Shown piece after piece: positions 11,223-21,900 of a stretch of DNA of 64,000 nt. Both the position numbers and the translations under genes were made by a program. The notes below the pieces were generated by a model, which saw only the letters and a program-made list of their open reading frames with translations, searched no databases and was not told where the DNA came from. Origin of the DNA: Botryllus schlosseri (taxonomy: Eukaryota); assembly GCA_051294905.1 (NCBI GenBank), contig CM119375.1, forward strand, positions 18,724,001 through 18,788,000, in the 5' to 3' direction. Numbering within the stretch: position 1 is the stretch's first letter; every line of letters begins with the position of its first letter.

Positions 11223-11319
11223 TTAATAGACGCAAAAGTCATGCCGTACATTCTTCACAATGACAAGTAGATTTAGCAATCCAAGATAAGTCAAAAGTTC
11301 TTCAAGCGTGAGTAGAAAA
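11223..11319 (-). CDS. PAQR9: PAQR9-like candidate terminal exon 4
   Basis: Acceptor CCTTTAG| in the matching phase 2 gives G-FLLTLEELLTYLGLLNLLVIVKNVRHDFCVY*, a hydrophobic tail like the mPR C-terminal segment. Confidence 0.6.
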
Positions 11320-14300
11320 CTAAAGGTCTACAAAGTAGGCCTATGTAGTCAGTAAGTCTGTAAAAGTAGATTTGGTCGAAGAGTCGCGTACTCTTCGCGG
11401 TTTGTTGGAGGTGGCGATTACGTAATTGCGCTATACATCTTTGCGACTAATACACAGGGACTAATGAGACTGCACAGGTAGAATCTTGATATGATACTCC
11501 GGAAAGGTACGAACACTTCGTTACTGACCACATATATCTATTTACACGACACGCTCTGGCTAGTCTTGCCTCCATTAGCCCAACAGTCAATACACTTGAC
11601 TTATTACTTACCCTGGACTGTCGATGGCATCAAACATGGCTTCCTCCACAATGAAACTTTGCACAATAATCCCCAACGCGATCGCGATATGGAACCATTG
11701 GTGAGAGCTGCCGACCACGTCAAACACGCGCGGAAAGTATTTCTCGGGAAAGCGGGACATGTTAATGATCGCTGCCAGTAGAAACAGCAACAAATGTGCG
11801 GGGTAGTAAGTCGGGAAAACATGACTCGCGAGATCACAGTGGCCTTTCGTTGATTTCGTTGACGCGAAGTCATCAAGTGCACCAGCAATGCCGCAGCTTG
11901 AACGGGGGATACTGCCACTTTGCGAGTAACGATAGTGACCGTCATGTAACGTCTCATTAGTCGCAACATTAAAAATAAGGTTTGACATTCTCATCATTGT
12001 TGGCAAACTTATCAACACGAACGGAACGGCGTAGGTCACCGTCCGTAGGACGTAACGATACTTGATGTGCGGAAATCGAGTGTGGCAACAGACTATGTGT
12101 GCCAGAACCACTGTGGCTGCCGCCGCCGGGATGTACAGAGTCGAAGACCCTGCAAAAACAAAACTGCGTGTCAGTAACAGAATTTCATTATCTGAGTGTG
12201 AGTAAGGTGGGAAAATGACACGGCCCAAGATTTAGTGCTGCCTAGGATAATATTAGTGCAGGCAGATTTGAACCAACAAGTGATGTGATACTCAGAGATG
12301 GTCCCAGTTAAGAGGTGACATTACTTTTATGGAGTATACTCCAGTCTTCCGTAAAGTACTTCAGCTTACCAGCACTACTTAGTCACATATAGCCTAGTTA
12401 TGTTTTAGAACACTTGCACATCTATACTCAACAATTTCTTGAACAAAACTTCTTACTTCGATAGACATTGGCTTTTGTGAAGTCGCAACTAGTTTGAGAT
12501 TGGTTTCGATGTCCTTTTTGGGTGATATTCACACGCCAGCTGTGCTAAATAGCCCCTGCATGCATCACGCTATTGACTCAATATATTTTCGAAAGTCGCG
12601 AAAATGCGCGCTGCCATTTCCAGAGCAGCCACCTCATATTATATGTTGAAAGTAAGCGAAACCGCGGCAAATTCTACGTTTCAGAACTATACATACTTTA
12701 CTCTCAGCGAACAGAGTGTGTAAGTCGGATGGGCCGTCTTGGTGGGGGCTTGAGCAGCGACATCAACTCTGTACTAGCATTCATTTTTTCGATACTGTTA
12801 CGTCATAAACGTAGATACAACATAGGACATTTTATTTACATCGCATTCAGTGCATTCATGATTCAGGTAGATCGTATAGCAAGGGGTGAGAATGGGCCTT
12901 GGGGCGAGAAAAAAGGTTGAACCCCAAGATTTGGGACAAGCCAGAGAACTCAAAAAGGACGGGCTACGTGATAATCAATGCAGGAATCCTTATTTTATTG
13001 TCTTATACACATTATGGATCGCATCAGTGGTATCAGTGTCGTGGTACGCTATGAGTAAATGCAGCGCAGCGATGTTCATGAATGGAGTCGACTCTTGGGG
13101 AAATATATGCGGATCAATACCCAGCGCCGTCGAAAGGACAGACGAACTCAAGCGGTACGCGCAGGACAAATCTAATTTCGAGTATCTTTGGAGGAACACT
13201 TGTAAAAACACCACACTCCGCATATGTATAAAAGACTGCTCAGCCGCTGCGCTGTCGGATGCAAACTGCACTCAAGTACTTGAACAAAATGAGTATAAGC
13301 CAGAGCTAATTAACGGAGAGTATTGTGGAAAAGACTGCTTGGGAGATGCACAGTTGAGTATCGTTTGCAGTAAGTTTTCATACCATAATCTATTGGCCAC
13401 TTTGTAAGTGCAAATTATGAATCCGTATTTCGATCGGAGCAGAATGGTGCAAATTGCTGATGATAATTGAATTGTCCTGTCTAATTAGACGAAATTATAT
13501 GCAGTATTTAATAGATTGCATGTAAAGTATTCCCATTAGAATTAGCGCTACTGGACAGAAATGTTGTTCGTGAATATTAATAGCCGTTTGCAACGTGATT
13601 TTCGATGCTACAATGTTACTCTTGATGATGAGGCGTATTTTTTGTTACTCGAAAAAACAGAATCTCACGACTCGAACCGAATCACTACATGTGAAACTCG
13701 TCTCGGATTCGATTCGAGTAATCAAATCGATTCGACCATCCATAATTGCGACATTAATCGTATTAACTGCTGCTGAATATCATCACTTTGCACTTGAAAA
13801 AATCAGTCACAGATGCAAAACACAGGACATTAGCGTAGGCTATCGTAGGAATGAAGGACTACGATCGTGTTTCAGAATGAACTGGACGAGAGTTGTGATC
13901 AACCGCTGTATTGCTGATACATCTCAGTACCGCATTCAGCACGGATTCATTGAACTACACCACTTTGCGTTGCAAGACATCTTAAATTGTTTGCCAGTCA
14001 TTGGATCGCTGCTCGCCATGCTTTTCGTCGGGAATATCATCGCGAACTTCGTTTTCTTAATCTATCCCAGACAAACCATGTATATTTGCATCACAATTTC
14101 CATTACATCCAGCATCTCCACTTTGATTTATGCAGTTCTTTCAACATTGCCTTTAGCTGCAAAGATGGGTGCTGAATGGGGCTCGATATTGGAAAGCGCG
14201 GTGAGAGTCATCTCCAGTTCCTCACTATCACAATATTGCTTATTGTTCCTAATCGTAGCGGGCGGGATTGCATGTAATATATCAGGAATATTGTGGCTGA

Positions 14301-17300
14301 TCAAGTGTCGGAAAGAAGTTAATAGTTTGTTAATGATATCTTCGAAATGCGTCAAAAGCAATCCGCAGATACTGGGCTTGCCTGTGTTGAGTCTGTTTAT
14401 GATATGCGCAGCAATCGCGTATTATATCGCCGTGGTGCTTTATTTGCTGGGGTGCCAAAATCTTGAGGTGCGCGGGATTACAATAACACCGAAACGCACC
14501 GGCTTCATTTGGCTTCTCATTCCATCAACTATCAATTTTATTTGGTTCGTTAGCTTCGTGCGCAAAGTACAAGCAATTACATTAGCGGGAGCAGCGTCTA
14601 ACTGGTATTTCACAAGGCGATTCAACCTCACGTTCTACCCGTTGTCGGCCATATTTCGCTACAATTTGGGAGATGTAATGGCCATCAGTTTGGCCAACAT
14701 TCCAATGAAAAGCAAAGAAAGCTGTCCCGTTTACCAGCATTATATCAGCGGGAATGCATGTGTTTCTCTTGGAGTGTACGGAAGAGTGCTGGTCAATTTT
14801 CTCGACCAGAAACACGATGATGTGAAGTTGAGTCGAATGGTGCAGGCTTGTACGGCGATAGAATACTCCTTGACTGCGTGGAAAATCGGCTGGACTGGAA
14901 TATTCACAATTTGTTTCATTGAGTTCAAATCGCAAGTAGATCTCTTTACTGCATTCGTGCCGACGGTGTTGACCGGCTTCATTACGTGGCAGTTGAGCGA
15001 TCTGTTCACAAAAGCTTTGATCGCGATTGTCAAAGGTGTGACTGTTTCTGTATATGAGGATTATCGGCGGAACAAAGATCTCGAAGACCCGCAAGTCTGC
15101 GATTCAGAGATTGCTATTTTATTGTTTGACGAGGAAAAAACTGTATCTAGTGCGGGTCCGGCACTAACTTCTCAAAGAGGTCGCAGAAAAGCTCAGAGTG
15201 CATCTTCCGAACAGTCTTCGAGTAGCACAGAATCGACGCGAAACGAATCGCAAACCTCTGAATCAGAATCCACGGAATACGACTCATCGGAATCCAGCAT
15301 AATAAGCATTTTTCAAGCCGGAACGCGACCTCAACCGAGTAAGAAGGGCAAGGGTGGAAAAGCGGTTAACGCTGGAAAAGGCACTGTGGTGAAAACCGTA
15401 AAACATGCTACAAGCCTGGATTCATGGGACATCTTGTGGTAAAGTTGATACTTATCATCGGAAAGAGCTGGATAATATATGAAATGAGTTTGTATTTTAT
15501 GGCCAATAATGATTCCAACGATGCCGTATTGTTACCATGGCAACTTTGTAGTGACACTGTGTTACTTTCGCAATATTATGAATTATGTATGATATAATTT
15601 TAGGCTTTTGATATGCAGATGATCCTGTTTTAAATTGTCTTCCTCTACATTATTAAAGTCAAGGTACATACAACTTGGTTGATTTGTAATTTGAATTTTA
15701 TAAGAGTCGGTTGTAATAAAAAATCTGGAAATAACTGGGATTTGCAAATGGGTGATTTTCCATGGATACGGCTGTTGTAGCCATCTCGACTGAGTCGAAG
15801 AATTCAACATACTATCCTACCGCAAAGCGCCGCTAAAGATCCTATAGCGTTTATCGTTCAAGTCGTCCTGGTGCAATGTCGAAACTAAAGAGCATGCAGA
15901 TACCTAATATTTATCTACCTAGGCTACAAGCATAAAAATGTACGTAGCTATATTGTTATAGCAATAAATATACTATTAGAAATGCCGGCCCCGTTAATTC
16001 GATCTCTTCACCTGCATGAAATACGCAGTTTTAGAGCACATCAATATTCGACAACACAGGAGTAAAACGCGAAACGGTATGCAAGTGTTGGGGGTTATCC
16101 AAGGTTCCTGATCCTTACTGTATTCACGAAAGTCGTTGAGCTACACCTCATACTTGGCAGCATTTCCGCAGCTTATAAATCAAGTATATACACTATATAT
16201 TTATGGGTACAGAATAGGTGTATTTATCACAATTTGTACATGAAAGTGCCGATCACGTGATTTACACCCCCACGCTGCGGAAGGGGATCTGGTGAATACA
16301 GCTATTTCTCCACTCATGATTTACAGTGTAGGAAGAAAATATTCGTCCGGCATCGCGATGTGTTGGGAACATCACATGACTATGCCTCGTACCTATGGAT
16401 TAAGTCCCGGTATATGCTCACCAGCATCAAATCCGTGGCAATGCGGGGGAGAGACGAGATGAGAATATGCGACGGTTGCGGCGATAGAATAAAAAGAAAT
16501 TGCTCCGTAGTCAATACAAAAACACAGGTGTCGAGCTTGGATTGAGACGCAGTTGAACAAGTGAGCTATTGAACTGCAGAGTAGAAGCACACAGCAGCCT
16601 GCAAAGCAAATATATACTTTTGACTCGGTTTGGAGTTGGGACCACACGAAATAACAAAACATGGTACATTCAGATTGAAGTGTGATACTAATGGAGTATA
16701 GTAAGCTCAAACAGCGCGATGTTTTGACACCAATTATTTCCATGGGTTTATGGTTTCCTACAGCCGACAGACGCGAACATCATAGTTATCAAAGCAAAAT
16801 CGAGTTCCTGATTGATTCGATGCTGTATCGAGTTAGGATTCGAGATGAGTTGAGTATTCCAGCATCATTCATTATTACGTCACAACAGTAGGAATGAAGT
16901 CAAAAGTATAAATACAGGCCTTTTATGCGAACACAGCGAATCCATGCCAGTTCTATATCACATTAAGAATATTTGGTATTTTTCGTCCATACCCATTCCA
17001 TTGCACTTTTCAACAATGCTGTAGGTCGATCACCGCATTACTAGGGGCAAGGAGCGTATAATTTTAGTACTCGAAAAATCATCCACCCACTGAACTCGAC
17101 TCGAATCATTGTGTACAATGTACATAGGCCTACCTAATTATAATCAATATTAAAGACAAACCGCGCCACGCAATTCACCGCAGGCCAATATAGTATGTTT
17201 TCAAGTGGAGGGAGTCTAGTGGCCTCATCGCCACTCAGATTTCACTATTAATATGGGTAAATCCTACAAAACGCGTCGTCCTATCGGTGATGAGTCAGTA

Positions 17301-18919
17301 CGTTACTGCGCGGGCGTTGAATCTGAGCAATTGTTGTAAATTCCGGCTCTGCTATTGCCAGAAATCAATTATAGCATATCAGTTCATGGATATTATGCAT
17401 GTAATACTATAGCATACTATTGATACTTGGATATGGGATAAGTAAATAACGTATGCGGGACGCGAGGCGGAAATTTATGCAATGCCTTCTGAATAGCTCG
17501 ACATTCAATAATAGGAAATTATGGGCAAGTCATCCGATGATTGTTTTCAATGTATTGACATATGGTGGTATCCTTGTTCTGGAGCCAACATTAATTTGAT
17601 AGAACATGATCTGCAAAATCTGTCAAATTAAGAGCATGTGATATTAGACATGGCGATTTATCTGTATTGACGTATATTCTGAGAAATATCATGATATCTG
17701 CGAAAATCTCGAAATAACTGCCTTTTTGTGGATGAAATCTGATTCGTAGTTTTGAGGTCAATCGAATTGACTACAAGTCGAGTTCGAAAATAAATAATAC
17801 TGTTGAGCAGCAAAATCTTGAAATATTAATATCCACGCCTTAGCACAAGCAAAGCTTTTATATGAAGTAGTCTGTTCTTCATTTGTTTATATCTCAGTGA
17901 TAGATCTCCACAATAGAGATCTCTACGAAATAATGGGAGCATGTTGATAATGACCTCTTAGCTTATCGGATAAAAAGTATCAGATGCCTACGGCAGATAA
18001 GGCGATGGAAATATCCGCCCAGCACTAACTTGAACAAAATCAATATTAATTGGCATATCAATTAGACAAATGAAAAGATCGTTCGAAATCCATAGAAATC
18101 CATAGCTGAAAGACAACTCTAGCCTTAATTCGAATTAAATTCGTGCATTAGACGATGACCGATAACCTTGTCTGCGTCAAAGTCAACTAAACCTAATTTC
18201 GCATGAGTGATGCACGGGTGCTTTTGGGTGATTCGCGGCACGCAAATAGCTATGTCATTCCGATAACATTCAATATCCATAAATAATGAATGGATATCGC
18301 CCGTCGCTTCATTTTCAAGTCCTTCAAGATAAAAGACAGGGGACAACCACTATAATTGTATTTTGTTTCTCAGTATCGATTCATCAGAGAATGCGGGTTA
18401 GAGGGTTGCGGGTTATAGATAACGTCGCTATTAAAAGATACATCGCGGAAACAGTGCCTTTGGATTCACAGAACCTAATCAATACGATCTCATGGCGTTC
18501 AAAGCGAGGATAATACTTCCTACGTCACTATATTTCAGTGGTCACTTACCTAAAGAATATGCGAAATACGGTGCCGACAGAGTTGCTACTTCTTGGCAGT
18601 CCAAGTCCAGCGCGATCGACAAATCACGACGGCGCATAGCAAGGAAGATAAGCGGCACGAAATGCGTCCAGAAATTGAAAGTCTCATTGGTCGGATGGAA
18701 CATACTTCTCACGCAGTACGCGATCGAGCTGGGGTTGGGACGGTATCCGGTGTAAATATGCCGTTCGCGGCAAAATTTCGGCATGTCACAGTGCTGTTTC
18801 AATAGTAACGGGCGGTAATATAGAAGTTCCTTGAGTCGTGCGATCGTTTTTCCTGTTTTCTTTGGCAAAACCTTTTCCTCGTCCGCAGAGCGACTGCTTA
18901 AATCCGTCGGCGTTGGCAT
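11223..18919 (-). CDS. PAQR9: PAQR-family membrane progestin receptor, closest to PAQR9 (mPR epsilon); 4 coding exons, ~393 aa
   Basis: Exons 18919-18550, 16598-16422, 12149-11612, 11319-11223 have GT-AG junctions and phases 1,1,2, totalling 1182 nt. Motifs: YTGYRP, HPTNETFNFWTHFVPL, SSIAHLF, IDYGAISFY, FPEKYFPRVFDVVGSSHQWFH. The PAQR9 assignment rests on my recollection of that protein. Confidence 0.85.
11612..12149 (-). CDS. PAQR9: PAQR9-like coding exon 3
   Basis: Acceptor TTTTTGCAG|; SHQWFH motif; donor GG|GTAAGT overlaps the apparent TAA of the ORF track. Confidence 0.88.
12892..15442 (+). CDS. SLC44A1-like: Choline transporter-like protein (SLC44/CTL family, CTL1-like, divergent); 2 coding exons, ~692 aa
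   Basis: Exons 12892-13403 (donor TT|GTAAGT) and 13876-15442 (acceptor TTTCAG|A), phase 2 on both sides. CTL-like motifs: GVDSWGNICG, VINRC, AGAASNWYFTR, IFRYNLG, YEDYRRN; about 10 hydrophobic segments. Extra small exons in 13404-13875 cannot be excluded. Confidence 0.82.
15715..15720 (+). promoter_or_regulatory. Candidate polyadenylation signal of the SLC44-like gene
   Basis: AATAAA ~270 nt after the stop; a second one at 15963-15968. Confidence 0.3.
16422..16598 (-). CDS. PAQR9: PAQR9-like coding exon 2
   Basis: Acceptor TTGCTTTGCAG|; GCCVLLLCSSIAHLF...IDYGAISFY; donor G|GTGAGC. Confidence 0.88.
18550..18919 (-). CDS. PAQR9: PAQR9-like coding exon 1
   Basis: ATG at 18919; GYRP and NETFNFWTH motifs; donor G|GTAAGT at 18549. 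Confidence 0.9.
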
Positions 18920-21900
18920 AGTATCTGTGATAACACGATTCCGGTGAGCGTGAAAATACTAAATACCCGATAAGCAGCCAGAAAGCTTTCTTAAAATTAC
19001 ATTATTTCTTGTATCACCTTGAGTCAATGGATGACTGGTGGTACTGAACTTAATCGCACAATAAATAGCATTCGAGACTGAATAGTTCGTTTAAACCGAA
19101 GGCTTTCCGCGTGCATCTCGCCGAAAGTTGCACGTATAGTAACAAACATGAATAGAGATTGAATAGAACTGTATTGGTCGGACTATTACGTAACAATGCA
19201 AATTTCGAAAATATCGCTTGCCTGGCTAGCTAGAAGCTACATGGTAACAATGTGCGTAGTCAAAACAATGACGATGAATCAAAACAGACATTACAAGGAA
19301 GAGTTAGCGGACCCACACATTTCAGTTTGTATGATACATTTCAAGATGGCAGATCAACTCATTCCGTCGATACAAATAATAACAGTTTTGTATGTGTGAC
19401 TTTATCAAATTATAGGCAAGGCATGCTGCCAAGGGCATGTAGTGATTTATAGGAATATGAGACTTGGAACTAAACTTTAGTCATGTCAGATCAAAGACCC
19501 ATAGCCTATGTAGCCACATGCGCTGATTGAAGGCTGTATTACGACTGACATGCTACAGTGATATGGTCATAGACCTACGTATTTACGAAATTTGTCTTGC
19601 TACGTATTAAAGACATGGATGGCTGGCAGTAATAAACTTGTATGCTGCTTTCAGGGCTACGGACAATGCAGCGTAATTTGTTTTAACTAGAAAGCTTTTC
19701 GTATGTCCCTTGTCATGAGTTAACGGCAGATTAAACAATGTATGAGCATGAATAAATAAACACTTTGAACACTGACTGTAGTAAACACATATTCAAATGA
19801 AAACAAATTTAGTAGAGTGTGACGTTACAATGTAAATTTTAGCGCTAGACAAAGTCAGCTCTTTCGGCAATCATGCAGCGGTCGTTGCACAAGGAAACGC
19901 GCGACAATCAAATTATACAACACGCGGAGAAACGTTGGATAAACATATATCAGTATTTAATATTATTAGGGGAAACTCTGTGAAATATCATTAGCGTTTC
20001 ATTAGACTGATATCTAGAATTGAATATCAACCAAAATCAACTTCAACCAAATCAACCACCTCATCGGCTTCGATCGAAACAGATATTGGTCGAAAGTCAA
20101 GCAAACCATCTCATAAAGTTGCGGGGTTCATACATTGTATGAGACACGTGCTGAACTGTAGCAAGACAACGCAATAAAGTCGAGTACTACATACGTACAA
20201 CTAACTACAACCACAAATTACTTATCAGCTCTGCACGGTTTGAGATAGAGGAATTGATGGGACGGGTGTATTTGAGATCGATAGACCTAATCACGAATTC
20301 AGACGCGAATATTATCAAATTATCATGCACTTCAAATAGAAATTGATGTTGCAATACTGTGAGGAACCAAAACGGATATGTGATGCTCTATGTCGTAAAT
20401 ACACACTGAACTGTCCACCAAGGGAACGCGACCTAAATATAACATATCAATGTGAAAAAGTCATCGCTGCTTGTCCGATGATATTTGGGTTAGTCTTCCA
20501 ATGATAAGGTACGTTTTCAATAAAGTCGCATTTCCATGTAGGCGTACTTTATGGTTGCATGATGAACATGCGGAAGTATTACACATAACGTATGGTTAAA
20601 TACACCACTCAGAGCAAATGATCTTCCGTGGTTCGGCGCGATATTGGATATTACCCGGTTCCAGCGGATAGCATATTCTCATAGTCCAGCCGCACGATTA
20701 CTGCGAGAATCGTAATCTATACCTATACCGTCAAAATCAACTTGTTGCAATGAAATGAGCCAGTACCTGCCCATCACGCAAATTTCGTACCTTGGTAGCA
20801 GTGAAGTGCCGCAATACGAATATGCAACACCAAGTACGAAATTTATGTATGTTTTGCCGAAAAGAGTACCACTTATGCAGCAGACAGATGTGACATAATA
20901 ACGCCTCGAATTGCTGTTGCTGCAAAATCTTCATACGTTTTCAAAACTAAAGCTACTATTCTAAAAGAGAACTTATGAGCACATACGTAGAAGAAAGTAA
21001 CTTGCTAATCAGTCAATCATTGCTATGCGCAGCGGTTCACTTGGCCTTAGTCCTGCGTAAATGATCTATTTTGCATCGCTAATCAGTACAAACGGCAGTG
21101 AATGTTGATTCCTGTGTTCAGCCGTGATTCGTGTGTTGGCGCGAAATGATTCCAGAGAAAAAACGTAACCTCACACGCAGATTTCGACACTCCCGCTCTG
21201 AGAAACACCATCGTTTATCACGATTAGACGAGCAAATACACACACTCCTCAAATTTATTTTGTATTTCCGCCCATTAGCGCCCCTAGCCCTATTACCGCG
21301 TTTACAGCAATTCGCGAACGGTTTTCGTGATGGTCTTTTTCATTAGAGGGCGAAATCGGGCGTACTGTGTCGCTGCGTATATGCCTGTGAACTTTAATTC
21401 ATTTCTTCGCATAATCGTCCCTACAATAATAATTTTGAAAGTGCCAGCAATGCAGCCCGAAATGCCATTACGATCAGCAAACAATTGCGGGTATCAGAGC
21501 AATTCAATGCGTACGAGGGGAATTATCCACTATATGAGCGCTTTCTTGGATATAGTTGAATACATGTAATTTCAGTTTCGTAAGTTATTGTCTGCTTGCA
21601 CGATGTACATGTACAACGTACTGTATACAACTATACTTTCATACTGCTTAATTGCCGGTTAATTTTACATATCAGTTCAATTGCGGTCACTATCCCACGA
21701 AATTCAAATTCTTCACCACACTCGCTCGTTCTCGTCGCTCAATTACCATATGTTAGGCACAGGCTACGAGAGAGCGCATCACTCTATCAAGTATGAAAGA
21801 GCGCGACTGAGTAACATCTATTGTTTCGCCGGCAATCCGGGAATCGTCGAGCATGTCCATGTCCACTTGTCCACTCTATATTCAAGTCCAAATACATGCA

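Noticed and set aside
11608-11610. TAA as the PAQR stop codon
   Set aside because: It overlaps a consensus donor (GG|GTAAGT), and an in-phase hydrophobic exon follows at 11319-11223.
13595-13875. First ~94 aa of the 615-aa ORF as protein
   Set aside because: Lies before the TTTCAG acceptor and shows no CTL similarity; more likely open intron.
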